This document shows positions 44,041 through 57,774 of a stretch of DNA of 64,000 bases, piece by piece (within the stretch, counting starts at the first letter, position 1; each line of letters starts with the position of its first letter). Origin of the DNA: the human T2T-CHM13v2.0 reference genome, Homo sapiens. The notes under the pieces were generated by a model. It searched no databases, had not been told where the DNA came from, and was given only the letters and a program-made list of their open reading frames with translations. The stretch lies in assembly GCF_009914755.1 (NCBI RefSeq), contig NC_060936.1; one strand, 5' to 3'. The position numbers and the translations under genes are program-made.

Positions 44041-45816
44041 TTTTTTTTGCCTCGCACTAATAAACTTTTATTTCACTCAAATTAGAGCAATAATCTTCCA
44101 TACATAAGTATTTTCCCTGCCCAATAATTCAAATAAAAAAATCCAAAATGATTAATAAAGAAAAATATAAGAATTAACAGACCCTTTAAATTTGTTTTAC
44201 ATATTTTTAAGGTTTAAAAAGGGTTTAAAGTTTGTAATTCCTAGTAGGAAAACATTATCTGAATGAATACTCTAATGGCAAACCACCGTAAAATGCTTCA
44301 GCTGCATTCGGGGGAGAGGGGTAGGGATTATCTTCAAAGCACTCCAGCTCTCTTGATGAGAAGGTCAGAGGTACACCGGTTTGTATTACTGCATCATCCA
44401 TAAGGTGATCTAGGTTGCTTTTCCTTCAGCAATGCCTTTATTTATCGGAAGGGCATTAGGCTTGACCTCCAAATTTGGCTGACAATTTACTGATAAGATT
44501 CATAACCTTTGGATTGCTCTGGTATTTTGACATATTTGCTGGGTTCTGAGCCACATCCTGGAAGGCCACCATGACTTCTGGATCCTGCAAGGCTGCAGGA
44601 ACCTCTGGATCACTAAGAATTTCATTGGGTCCAGGCCTTCTGGCCATCCTAGGTATGCCCCCTCCATTCCAGGTATTCTTCTGGGAAAATTACCAGGCAT
44701 TTCCCCAGGAAAGCCACCTGGAAAAAAGCCAGACTGAGCTCCTGACTATTGTCTGGCTTCTTCCTCCCTCTGGGCTCTCTCATGCTCTTCCGAGTCTTCT
44801 TAACTCTTTCTATTCTTTCTTTGGTCTCTCGCTCTTCACGTTTTCGCTCATACTTTCTCCGATGTTCTGTAATTTCCTGTGTCCTAGGTTGAATCAGGAT
44901 TTTTTTCAATGACTCTGTCACAGTCTCGGATGGCAGAATTTGGCTTCTGTAATTTGATGAAGACACTGGCCCTCTTGGCATACAAAATAGCCAAGTGAGG
45001 ATTCAGCTTGATGGAATCTGTGATAAGTCAATGGCTTTCTGCAGTTCACCATCATTTAGGGCTTCAACAGCAGCCACTTTCTTATCATTTGCCTGATCCA
45101 TCATCTCCTCTGTTATCTCTGCATTTTCATCTCCCATTTCTTGAGGGGCATCAGTGTCTGGTTCAATCACACCTTCATTATTAATTTCTAGATAACTTTC
45201 CTTACTGGATGGTTCATCTGCCTTTAAGTCTTCCTCCACATTCTTACTACCAGATTTTTCTTCCTTGGTATTTTCTTCTGATTTAGCTTTCTGACTAGCA
45301 GGTGGCACTTTACTCCCCATGCTCTCCACCCACTCCCTCAGGAAGCACATTTCCTTGGTGTGCAGAACGCTGAGATCCTGCTTACACATTTTCACAAAGG
45401 CCCGAAGCGTGTTCACTTCGGGAGGCGGTGGGCAAAGCTAAGGGGCTGTGGCTGGTTCCAGGCCCAGGTGCTGGCTTGGCATGACCTCGTAGAAGCAGGC
45501 GGCTGCCGGGAGACAGAACACACTAGAACCTTCCTGGCCACTGGCTCCTCTTCACCCAACGGTCTCGTGACCCCAGGTCCTCTGCCTGCTCATTCCTATT
45601 CCCTCTGCGCTGCTCCTGCCCTCTCCCTAGAACCTTCTAGAAGCGTGGCTGTTCGTGCTGTTCCCTGCCTTTCTGTGCACACATGCTCATATTCTTAACT
45701 AGGGACCAGCTCCCTGGATGGGGCAACCCCTGACATGGGTGCCTTCAAGGAGGCGGGGGATAGCAGCCCTTTCAGGGAGCAATGTCCAAGAGCATATTCT
45801 GTGGCTGCGTGCACTT
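44041..45816 (-). pseudogene. ST13 (HIP, Hsp70-interacting protein) processed pseudogene with long 5' leader
   Basis: Intronless ST13 homology ([26 protein letters not shown]; [42 protein letters not shown]); AATAAA at 44067-44072 (minus), T tail, 17-bp TSD gaggcttaaacattttt at 44024-44040 and 45817-45833; ATG lost, frameshifts. Confidence 0.95.
45629..45643. promoter_or_regulatory. Perfect three-unit heat-shock element (aGAAc cTTCt aGAAg)
   Basis: Exact nGAAnnTTCnnGAAn match; a second partial HSE at 45515-45534; function untested. Confidence 0.6.
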
Positions 45817-46924
45817 GAGGCTTAAACATTTTTGTAATGCTTTGTTCAACTTAGATTTTATTTAAATATTTATTTTAATCAACTTTGCCATGCAGTGTTG
45901 TTAAAAGATTAGAAACTAAAAGCAGTTCTAGTGTACTGTTCAGCACTTGCATGACCCTAAATAACATATATATATATATATATTTGCTTAAGATCCTTCG
46001 CTAAAAAAGTACTTAACCATTTTGGCAACTGGATGTACTATGTTTCTGGTTTATGCTTGAATGCCTGGGTCTTTACAAGTGTGTTGACTGTGTGTGAGGG
46101 ACCACAGGTCTAATTAAGGAAGGCAGTGGTGGATGGAGGCTTGTGAAGTTAAGGAACTAAATCTAGTTGGGTGGGAGATGGCCATGGCTGGACTGACTTA
46201 ACTCCTGAACCAGACAATGAAGTGTCATATGATACATTTCTGTCCCCAGGCATACAAACCTATACAGAGGTGTGTATAAGTGCAGTAAAATTCAGGACTA
46301 TTTCATTTTCCCCACAGTAATGCCTTTATGGACAGAGAAGGAGAGTTCATTTTGGCCCTCTTTGTGCTAGCCTTGGCATTGCATATATTTGATTTCATTC
46401 CAGTTTCATGACAACCCTGTGAGGTAGGTGTTATTATCATCTGTTTACAGATGAAAAAATCCCCAAGGCTGAAAGAAAGGATATATTTCAATGAACACTA
46501 TCCTTGTGTATAGTGGGCACTCAACATTCATCTAATGTAGCATTTCTTAAACTTTGGTCTGTAAGACACTGGTACCATTCAAGGTTTCATAAGTTTTCCT
46601 TATCAAACAATTATGGGAAATGTTGCAAATTTTAACTGTCTCTTAGAGTTTCACAATGCACAAAAATGTTTTAAAATTTCTTAAGAAATTATGTGGTAAT
46701 GCAACTTATTTAACTTTATGCTTAGGTTTCTCAATCTTATTTAGCTAAATAATTTTTCTTTTCCTCCCATTTTTAGTAGAACTACCATCCATGTGGCAAG
46801 GCATACACCTTTTGTGAAACATGTTTTGAAAAACATGGGTCTAATTATGTATGGAGTATATTTTCTGGTAGGAATTAGAGGAGTTAGTTCATTATTATCA
46901 TCATTCTTAGAAAATATGTATTTG

Positions 46925-47520
46925 GGTGGCGATTCCTCAAGGATCTAGAAACAGAAATACCATTTTTCCCAGCAATTCCATTACTGGGTATATACCCAAA
47001 GGATTATAAATCATTCTACCATAAAGACACATGCACATGTATGTTTATTGTGGCACTATTCACAATAGCAAAGACTTGGAACCAACCCGAATGCCCATCA
47101 ATTATAGACTGGATAAAGAAAATGTGGCACATATACACGATGGAATACTATGCAGCCATAAAAAAGAATGAGCTCATGTCCTTTGCAGGGACATGAATGA
47201 AACTGGAAACCATCATTCTCAGCAAACTAACACAAGAATGGAAAACTAAACACTGTATGTTCTCACTCATAAGTGTGATTTGAACACTGAGAACACATGG
47301 ACACAAGTAGGGGAACATCACACACCGGGGCCTGTTTGGGCGTGGGGGCAAGGGGAGGGAGAGCATTAGGACAAATACCTAATGCATGCAGGGCTTAAAA
47401 CCTAGATGATGGGTTGATGGGTGCAGCAAACCACCATGGCACATGTATACCCATGTAGCAAGCCTGCACAGTCTGCACATATATCCCAGAACTTAAAGTA
47501 TAATAATAAAAAAAAGAAAA
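46925..47520 (+). mobile_element. L1PA8-type 3' fragment
   Basis: ORF2 end plus 3' UTR (gcatgcagggcttaaaacctagatgatgggttg) and A tail. Confidence 0.88.
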
Positions 47521-49419
47521 TAGGTATTTGGTACCTTCAATTTGTAGGGCATTGGGATAGAATCCAGAGATATGACACAAACCCTGTTAGAGAGAGAGAG
47601 GAGTTTACAGTTTATATGAAGAGGCAAAAATGTCTTTGGTTTGAGTGGGAATGTAACTTTAACTCCAGTGCTCTTCTTTCTTTAATTTTTAGCGTAGGAT
47701 GGTGGTCATGGATAACAGGGTTTCCAATGATTTCTTAATGTGACATTCTGTTTTGTTCCCCTAGTAAACAATTACCACTTTCTTCCATTAATTTAGTATG
47801 GCTTAGATATTTGGAAGGATGAAAAACTTAAACATTTGAATACAAGTAAATCCCAGATAGAAGTCATTAAGAATCGTACATCTTTGACACATCCTAGGAA
47901 AACAGGTGTCTTCCTTTTCACACACATTCAAATGCACACACACATTCCATTTCATCTCATCAGCACATCACATCTTTATATCATTTGTTAGATAAACAAA
48001 AGCAAATGAAGGTTGTGGATATCTATATCAAGGGATTGGTCAAAGGATTTGAAGTTCATAGACTAAAAATTTCAGTTGTTTTTCAGTAATTTTGAAGGCT
48101 GGCAAGTTACTACTATGCCAGAGATCTCTAGCCTTTCTTCTTTAGGGATGTGATGATATTTTGCACTGTTCTGGCACCTTTTTCTAATAATCTTTTAAAA
48201 CCTTATCAAGCAATGTAACATATTACCAACAAGGAAATGAAATTAATTTGTAGTTGTAACATTAACAGGGGAGTTGGAAATGAAATATTCAGCTGTGTTT
48301 GGATATGCAAGGGGAAATGTGAAGATGATGAACAATAAACCAATAATACAATCTTGAAATATTTTTTTCTTGAGGTATTCAGATACTTATAACAAAAAAA
48401 GATTTTCCTCCCTGTATCACCTTATTTAAGTCAGCCCCAGCACTTCACTGTATGTGTCCCTTCGAAGTAGGGCGTTGCTTAGAAAGGCTCTGGGTGTGCA
48501 GCCTTGCTTTTTTGAAAGGATCGTGACTTGCACCTCCATCTCATATTCTTGGGGAGGACAGAGAAGGGGGTTTATCTTTGCTTCTACATATCTTAGCAGC
48601 ATTCTTATCCTATTAAGCCATAGGCCTTATTTATTCAGGTCACAAATAACTGAGAAGTGTAGAAATGATAGGCTACTGATGGCAAATTGTATTTTTCCAT
48701 ATTATGACTATAAATAAGTTACCTGAGACAATTTTTTAGAAGCCAATTTCACTATAGTGGTTTAAACCAAAACTCAATGAAAGGAAGTCATTTTTTCACA
48801 CAATGCAGTAGTGATAAAGAATGATTATTTTCTCTTTACATTGATAACACCTAATCTTTAATCCTCCTTATGAGATTTGCTTTAATATCTAAAAATAATG
48901 AACATTTCTAAAAAATGTGCCTCCAATGGAACTACAAACTCACTAGAAATTGCAGAGGATGTCCATGTGGAGATGTTGCATATGAAACTGCAAGTGGCTC
49001 ATGACATTACTTTTGGATAGTTCCCCTGGGGGAACATGACACACATCTGACAATATAAATGAGATAATTCGTATCTTGGCCTAAAGCTTGGTGTCCCTTC
49101 ATTTCAAATAATAACACTGGGGAGCCTGGAAGAAAGAGGCAGATTCATCATTTAAACTGTGTTTCCTACATTAAGAGATTGGGAATGCAAAACAAAAGAA
49201 GTTGAGCCCCAGAGTTACTGGTTGTTATCTCTTTCAGCACTACTAGTAGCAGAGCCATTGTAAACTTGTTGGGGCAACATGGGCAACTGGGGACTCTCTA
49301 GTCACTTGTTTATAACAGAAATCAATGCTTTTTAAACATCTTTAACTCCAGTTGTGGCTTAAAGTCATCAGTAGATTCAGTTAAACAAAAACCTTTCTTT
49401 AATACTTATATTGAATTTC

Positions 49420-50580
49420 TTCAAAAAGCATTTATTAAGCACCTATTTTATGCCAGGCACTGTTCTAGGTAGTGGGTCACTGGTGAACATGATGGGTGAA
49501 GTCCCAGCTCTCTTAGAGTTTACTTTTCCCTGGGAATAAAGACAATAAACAAGTTAACAAAGAGGCTATAAAAAATAAAATAGATTAATGTAATAGAGAG
49601 TGACACGTGTGGGGTGGAAAAGGCATCCCTGAGGGGGTATTATTTAAGAAAATGGAATCAGCTAGAGAAGGGGAAGGAAAAGAGCACCCCAGTCATTGGA
49701 AACAAGTGCAAAGGCCGGAGGCAGGAGCAAACTTGGCATACTCAAGGTACTGGAAGGAGCTCTTGTAGCCAGAGCCTGGTGAGCAAAGGAGGGGTAATGG
49801 AAGATAAGCAAGGAGAGGCAGGCAGGGATTGGACCATCTGGGATCTTGTAAGATCTCGATGAAGAGTTTAGATTTTATTGTACGTGCAATTCTAGCTGCT
49901 GTGAGGAGAATGACTGTGCAGGCAAGAGTGGGTGCAGGAAGAGCACCAGGGCTATTTCAGATAAGCCAGGTAAGTCCAGGGTCTTGGTCTAAGGTGGAAA
50001 TAGTAGAAATGGTGACAAGTAGTTGATTCCAAAATATATTTTAGAGAGATAAACCACAGGATATATTGATGGATTAGATGTGGGGATTGAGGGAAAGAGG
50101 TCTTTGTCCTGAACAATCTCCTGAGATGGGAAAGAAGAGGTTTAGGGGGTGGAAATTAAGGATTTGATTTGAATGTGCTTAGTTTCAGATGCCTACTGGG
50201 CATCAAAACACTGATATCAGATAAGTCAGAGCTGAAGATACACACTTGGGTGTTATTTGTATATAGGTGGCATTGGAAGATCAGGGCCATGACCAGCTGA
50301 TGTTGGGAGAGAGTATAGATCCAAGAGAAGGTGGTGCAGAACTGCGTCTCCAAGTCACAACATTGTTGAAGTTGGGAAGAGGAAGAGGAGCAGCAAAAAA
50401 AAGGAGAAGGACCAGCCAGTGTAACAGGCAGGAAGTTGGAGAGGTGTAGCTATGGAAATCAATAGAAAAAGTGTTTTAGGGAGGAAGAGTATAGTGCTGC
50501 AGAGAGGTAAAGTAAGATGAGAACAGAGAGATAGCCATCAGGTTTGTCTCTCAATGGTCATGAGTGACCTTGAGAAGAGT
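49420..50580 (-). mobile_element. L2 remnant
   Basis: tttattaagcacct..atgccaggcactgttctagg L2 3' end and purine-rich L2 body. Confidence 0.65.
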
Positions 50581-50874
50581 GAGGTTAACAAAGAGGATGA
50601 AACTCAACCTTTCTCTTCAGAGAACTGACAGTGTAGCCACAGAAACAAAAACCAGTCTAAAGTGGAACTTTATTTTGTGGCTCTACTTAACTTCTCAGGG
50701 TAACTGTAACCATAGAAACCCACTGTGATTTAAGAACCCCTAGAGGTTGGATAGTCCAGACTTTCACCTTGGGCCTTCCAGGACAGGCTGACAGATGTTA
50801 AAAATTTGCACAAACATTTCCAGGACTGGAAGTTCATCTTATGATAGTTCACTTTGTGGCTGGATAGCTTTGTC

Positions 50875-51257
50875 TGTTAAAATAAAAGCCTTTGACAACT
50901 TAAATTTAGCAGAGTTTATTTGAGCAAAAAATAATTCATGCATTGGCAGTACTTAGAACCAGCAAAAGTTCAGAGAGCTCACTAAGCACAGTTGGAAGTG
51001 AGTATGTTTACACAGTAAAGGGAAGTGCAGAAAGAGCTTGACTTGCTACAGCTTGATATTTGCCCTATTTGAACATGATCTGAGCAGGTGGCAGCCTGTG
51101 ATTGGCTGGAGCTCAGCTGCTATGGTTGGCCAAGACTGACCATTTGTTATATTCCAAAGTTAGATTTTCAGTTGTTTACTCACTAAGTTGCAATTTGTTT
51201 GTAGGAACTCAAGGTATGGAGATGGCCTCAGACCAATGGCCTCCTACTTATTTAAGA
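50875..51257 (-). mobile_element. MER31-like solo LTR
   Basis: tgttaaaa..ttaaattta.cagagttta.ttgagc terminus typical of MER31-group LTRs. Confidence 0.6.
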
Positions 51258-51367
51258 GATCTCTTTCAGAGCATGGAGATGTCTCATGCCAGGATGTTTA
51301 TTTGTTATTATTAAATTAATTAATTTTTATTATTACCATTTTGTTATTATTATTTTATTTTATTTAA

Positions 51368-51744
<377 letters not shown>

Positions 51745-51800
51745 TTTTACAGGATGTTTTTAATGTCTTTTTGCTATTCCTTCCTCTTCTCCTCCTACTC

Positions 51801-51852
51801 TGTGTGTGTGTGTGCGCATGTGTGTGTGTGCTTGTGTGTGTGTGTGTGTGTA
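51801..51852. repeat. Interrupted (TG)n microsatellite
   Basis: Direct observation. Confidence 0.9.
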
Positions 51853-52059
51853 TAGTGGGGGGAGGTGGGAGAGGAAAGAGCATGGGCTTCTGAGCTAGAC
51901 AAAAGTTCGTTCTTGGCTCTGGCACTTAATAATTGTTCAGTTTTAGACAAGTTATTTTATTTTTAGGGGATTAGTCTCTTGATCAGTAAAAGAGAGACAA
52001 CACATAGTTCATAGGGCGTATTATGGGGCTAGAATGAGATGATCTGTGTTAACACTTAC

Positions 52060-52417
52060 TGATATGGTTTGGGTGTGTCCTCTCCCGAATCTCATCTTGA
52101 ATTGTAACTCTCATAATTACCACATGTTGTGGGAGGGACCCAGTGGGAGGTATTTGAATCGTGGGGGTGGGTCTTTCCTGTGCTATTCTCATGATGGTGA
52201 ATAAGTCTCACGAGAGCTGATGGTTTTATAAAGGGGATTTCCCTGCACAAGCTTTCTTCTCTTGTCTGCCACCATGTGAGATGTGCCTTTCACCTTCTGC
52301 CATGATTGTGAGGCCTCCCCAGCCACGTGGACCTATGAATACATTAAACTTCTTTCTTTTGTAGATTGCTGAGTCTTGGGTATGTCTTTATTAGCAGCGT
52401 GAAAACAGACTAATACA
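52060..52417 (+). mobile_element. THE1 (MaLR) solo LTR
   Basis: tgatatggtttgg..ctcatcttgaattgtaactc ... cagcgtgaaaacagactaataca; 358 bp. Confidence 0.9.
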
Positions 52418-55400
52418 CTCGCCAAGCACCTGGTAAGTGGCAGGTGTGGAGTAGATGTTCATTACCCTCCCCTCCCTCAGCTCTTGTGAGGAGACCAGCT
52501 CTTGGCTTTGCTGGGGGCTTCCTCTTGGAAATGTTCCTTGACACTCCTCACCCTTCCCACCCACACTCAATCAAGCTTTCTTCTTTTTTCTTTGTGTGTG
52601 CCTTTATCATACCATCTATGATATGTGATTGGTTTCTACATTTCTCTCCAACTAGACTGTAAACCTTCAGAGATTGGGAAGGGTTTTCACCTTCAGGGAT
52701 GAAAAATAGCATACTGATTAAAGATGCAGCTTGAAGCCAAACAACTTGTTCCATCGGTGTCAGCTGAGGTCTTGAGCAATTTACTTAACTGCTCTGTGCC
52801 TCGTTTCCTCATTTGAGGAGTGGGTCTGACATAATTGGGTGAGGATTAAATGAGATAGCTCTGATAAGTTCTTGAGGCAGTGCCTGCCACATAGCACTCC
52901 ATAAATGTTTGCTATTACAAGGATTGTCTTTGTAGCCTCTGCAGTGCCTGCTCTGGGGACTGGTGCCCCAAAGGAGCTAGTCTGTGGGATGACTGAACAA
53001 AGTGACCAAATAGAGAGCATGGATTATTACCTAGATGGGTAAGTATGTTGCAGATAATATTATTATTTTAGATGACTCTTTGAAAAATAAAATTTCAGAA
53101 GTTTTACATAAAAACATGCTTATTATAAAAAATTCAACTAATATAGAATTATATCAAGTAGAAAGAAAAACACCTTATTTCATCGCCAGCTTTTCATCTT
53201 TTCATGTGTTAAGTTTGGTGTATAACCTTCCAACCTTTATTATTTAACACATTTACTGTTTTCTCTTTGTGGTTCAGGCATTGGCTCTCATGCCCATAGA
53301 CTGAAAAACAAACTCTACTACCCATTTGCCAAAAATGTCAGAGACTAAGAATTTGAATTAATCAGACATTGATACATTAATTCTAAGTTGTTAGAAACTT
53401 ATTACTAACAACTTGTTTTTAAAAAATAATTGTTTTATACCTGAATATATCTTTCACTTCCTTCAAGATGATTTGTGTGCAGAGTAGACACTGGCCTTGG
53501 AGTGTTTGGGGATAATGGGAAGAGGTGCTTTGTTCAAAAATTCTCTCCCACACTCTGTCACGTGCTTGGTATTTTCTTGTTAGAGCTGCATTTCTTTGAG
53601 TTCGGATATTACCAAAAAGCCCCTGCAAATTTGCAGGTGAGCACAGTTTTTAGACAAAGCAGCTTAAGGGAAGGGAAAGCCCTGAGAATGAACTTAGAAG
53701 CTTTGTCCCTGTCAGGGTTTGACTTTTAGCTCCTTCTGTTTAAGAATCAGAATCTCAGCCCTGACTCAGGGGCTTTAACTCTTCTGGTTCCTATGCCTTG
53801 ATTTTGTCATGCTCTGGTTCTTCAGTTAAAGTTCCTCTCTTCAGACTCATTTTATATTTTGGAGAAACAGTGGGAGGAGCTCTTTGGATGAGCTGAGGCT
53901 TTAGCCATCCTTTGATAATAAATTTTTATTTCTAAGGCGCTAGGCATAGACCTAGAGGCATTTTACTGTGGTAGGTTTTTATCTCTTTTAAAATAAATAG
54001 AAAGGGACATATGAATTTTTATCAAATCATGGATCTAAAAACAAAGCCCATGGTAACAGAATGTTGCTGCATATTTCCTAATAATGCTTTATTACTAACA
54101 TTTTCTTATTATCCTAAAAACTAGTTACTTCTCTTCCAATTTTATGGTAATATAAAGTTATTGGTTGAAACATTATTATAGCTGTTTTATATTTGAAAAT
54201 TTATTTTGGGACTGAAGTCATATCTTCAGGGAAAACATGATTGTATATTCATAGATGTTATGATTTCTTAACTGAGTCTTTTAACTTTTATAATATTTTA
54301 ATACTTTTATTTGTCTAAATGTTCAAATAATCAATATCCCAAGGTTTAACAGTGCTTACAGTGTAATTGCATTTAGGACAATAAATTTTATATTGACAGT
54401 TCAGGGATCCCTATTTAGTTGAACATAACGAATTATGAAACCCCATTGGTTGAAATCTGGTTAGATGCTGCTGTTAATGATTTTCTTTTTCCTCTGTTAT
54501 TAGTATTTTATGTTGTAGTTAGTAGCTTCTAAACTTCACCCCTATGAGCACTCCTATCCTTTCAAATGATTATAAAGTGTTACCCCATTTGATAAATTGT
54601 GGTAAAATACATGAAACAAAAAATTTGTCATCGTGACTATTTTTAAGTACACAGTTCAGTATTTTTAAATGCATTCATAGTGTTGTGCAATCATCACCAT
54701 CATTCATCTCCATAACATGTTTCATCTTGTAAAATTGAAACTCTGTATCCATTAAACAATAATTCCCCATATTCCCTTTTCCCCAGCTGCTGGCACCCGC
54801 TATTCTACTGTCTGACTCTATAATTTTGAACTGCTCTAAATACCTCATATAAGTGGAATCATACAGTACTCGTCTGCTAGAGACTGGCTTATTTCACTTC
54901 ACATAATGTTCTCAAGATTCATCTATATTGTAGCCGACATCAGAATTTCCTTCCCTTTTAAGGTGAAATATATTTCATTGTACAGATATACCACATTTAG
55001 CTTATCCATTCATCCATTGATGGACCATGGGTTGCTTTCATGGTTTAGCTCAAAAATGCTGCTACCAACATGGGTATACAAATATCCTTTGAGGCCCTGC
55101 TTTCAGCTTTTTTTGGCTACAGAAATAGAATTCCTGGATCATAAGTTAATCCAATTTTTAAATTTTTGAGGAACTGTCATACTGTTTTTCACAGCGGCTG
55201 TAACATTTTACATTTTCACCAACAGTACACAAGGGTCCCAATTTCTCCACACCCTCTCCAACACTTCTGTTCTGTTCTGTTCTTTTGGCAGTAGCCCTCT
55301 TAATGGGTGTGAGGTGATATCTCATTGTTTTGATTTGCATTTCCCCAGTGATTAGTAATGTTGAACATCTTTTCATGTGCTTATTGGCTATTTGTGTATT

Positions 55401-55438
55401 TTCTTTAAAGAAATGTCTGTTCAAATCTTTTGCCCATT

Positions 55439-55737
55439 AAAACTTTTTTTTTTCAATATGGTGGGCAGTTTAGTATGGCCCAACTCATAGTTGGAGGGAG
55501 GCAGGGACAAACCCAGTGTGCTTCTGCCAGCTCTGAGGCCACCACAGGACTCATAGAGAGTAGGCTCATAAATAGACAGGAACCAGAGATCGCACTGGCC
55601 TGCCAGCCACTGCTTCCAATTCCTGTTTGTAGAAAAAAAAGACTGCCACCTTTTGGTCCACTGGCTTTTTAAGGCCAATGGGGATGAGCAGATGGCAACT
55701 CCCAGGCATCCCGCAAAGAAGGTGAGTCACCTTAAGA
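55439..55737 (-). pseudogene. Retrocopy of U12 snRNA 3' end (55685-55736) plus about 230 nt 3' extension and poly(A)
   Basis: Minus strand cttaaggtgactcaccttctttgcgggatgcctgggagttgccatctgctca matches about 45/52 nt of the recalled U12 3' end; T10 tail at 55444-55453; 12-bp TSD cttttgcccatt at 55427-55438 and 55738-55749. Confidence 0.8.
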
Positions 55738-56089
55738 CTTTTGCCCATTTTGAATCAGGTTGTCTTCTTGTTGTTGAGTTTTAGAAGTTCTCTATGTATG
55801 CTGCACATTAATCCCTTATCAGATATGATATTTTCTTTCATTTTGTGGGTTGTGTTTTTACTTTGTTGATAGTATCTTTTGATGTACAAAATGTAAACAT
55901 TGTTTAGGAAGTACAATTTGTCTATATTTTCTTTTGTTGTCTGTGCCTTTGATGTCAAATCTGAGAAATGACTGTCAAATCCAATGTTGTGAAGCTTTTG
56001 CCCTGTGTTTTCTTCTAAGGGTTTTATTGTTTTAAGTCTTATGTTTAGGCTTTTGATCCATTAAAACATTTTAAAAATTGTTTCATTTT

Positions 56090-56224
56090 TGTTTTTAAAC
56101 TTATCATAGAGATGAAGGTCTTGCTATATTACCCAGGCTGTTCTCAAATTCTTGGCCTCAAGCGATCCTCTGCCTTGGCCTCCCAAAGTGCTGGGATTAC
56201 AGGCATGAGCCACTGTGCCTGGCC
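56090..56224 (-). mobile_element. Alu left monomer (FLAM-like)
   Basis: Single antisense left arm. Confidence 0.8.
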
Positions 56225-57544
56225 TCTGATCAATTTTGATTTAATGTTTGAATATGGATTAGATAAGGATCCAGTTTTATTCTTTTGCAAGTGAATATCC
56301 CATTTTCCCAGGATTATTTGTTGAAAAGACTGTCTTCTCCCCACTGAATAGTCTTGGCATTCTTGTCAAAAATCATTTGACCATATATATATAGCAGGGT
56401 TCATTTCTGGGCTCTTAATTCTATTCCATTGGTATATATGTCTGGCTTTATGCCACTACCACAGTATTTTAATTATTATAGCTTTGTGGTAAGTTTTAAA
56501 TTCAGGAAATGTGAGTCCTCCAGCTTTGTTCTTTTTTTCAGGTTGTTTTGGCTATTTTGGGTCCTTGAGATTCTATATGAATTTTAGGATGGGTTTTTCT
56601 ATTTCTGCAAAAAATGCCATTTGGATTTTGGTAGTTTTTGCATTGAATCTGCAGATCACTTTGGGTAGTATTGATGTCTTAGCCATATTGTCTTCCAATC
56701 CATGAACATAGGATGCATTTCCATTTGTTTAAGTCTTCTTTAATTTCATCAGTGATTCATAATTTTCATTGTAAAATATTTTACTTCTTTATTTAGGTTA
56801 GTTCCTAAGTGTTTTATTCTTTTTAATGCTATTGTAAGTTGAATTTTCATAATTTCCCTTTTAGATTTTTTATTGTTAGTATGTAGAAATGCAGCTGATT
56901 TTTATGTGCTAACTTTGTATCCTGCTACTTTGCTGAATTCCATTATTAGTTCTAATAGTTTCTTTTGTTAGAATCCTGAGGGTTTTCTATATATAAAATT
57001 ATATCATCTGTAAACAGAGATAATTTTACTTCTTCCTTTCCAGTTTAGATGTCTTTTCTTTTTCTTGCCTAATTGTTCTGCGTAGAATGTCCAGTGTTAT
57101 GTTGAATTCAAGTGGCAAAAGTGGGCATTCTTGCTCTGTTCTTGATATTAGAAGAAAAGCTTTTATTGTTTTACCATTGAATATGATATTTGCTGTGGGT
57201 TTTTCATAATGCCTTCTATTATGTTAAGGTGGTTTCCTTCTATTCCCAGTTTGTTGAGTGTTTTCTATCATGAAAGGGTATTGAATTTTGTCATATGCCT
57301 TTTCTGCACCAATTGAAAAGATCATGTGGTTCCCTCCCCTTCATTCTGTTAATGTTGTTTATTAGAGTGGTGGATTCTAATACGTTGAACCATCCTTGCA
57401 TTCCAGGAATAAATCCCACTTGATGATTGTGTAAAATGCTTTTAATGTGCTGCAAGATTTGGTTCGCTAGTATTTTGTTGAAGATTTTTGCATCAATGTT
57501 CATAAGAGATGGTGGTCTTTTGTTCTTTTTTCTTTCTCATTTAT

Positions 57545-57750
57545 TTTTATTTAATTAATTGTAAAGATACAGGGTCTCACTCTGTCACCCAGGCTGGAGT
57601 GCAGTGGTGTTATCCTAGCTCACTGTAGCCTTGAACTCCTTGGCTCAAGCAATCCTCCCACCTCAGCCTCCTGAGTAGCTGGATCTAAAGGCATGTACCA
57701 CCATGACTGGCTAATTAAAAAAAAATTTTGTTTTTAGAGACAGGATCTTT
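57545..57750 (-). mobile_element. AluJ, truncated after the linker
   Basis: Antisense right arm plus a few bases of the left arm. Confidence 0.8.
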
Positions 57751-57774
57751 GTCCCAAGTGCTCAGATAATATGC

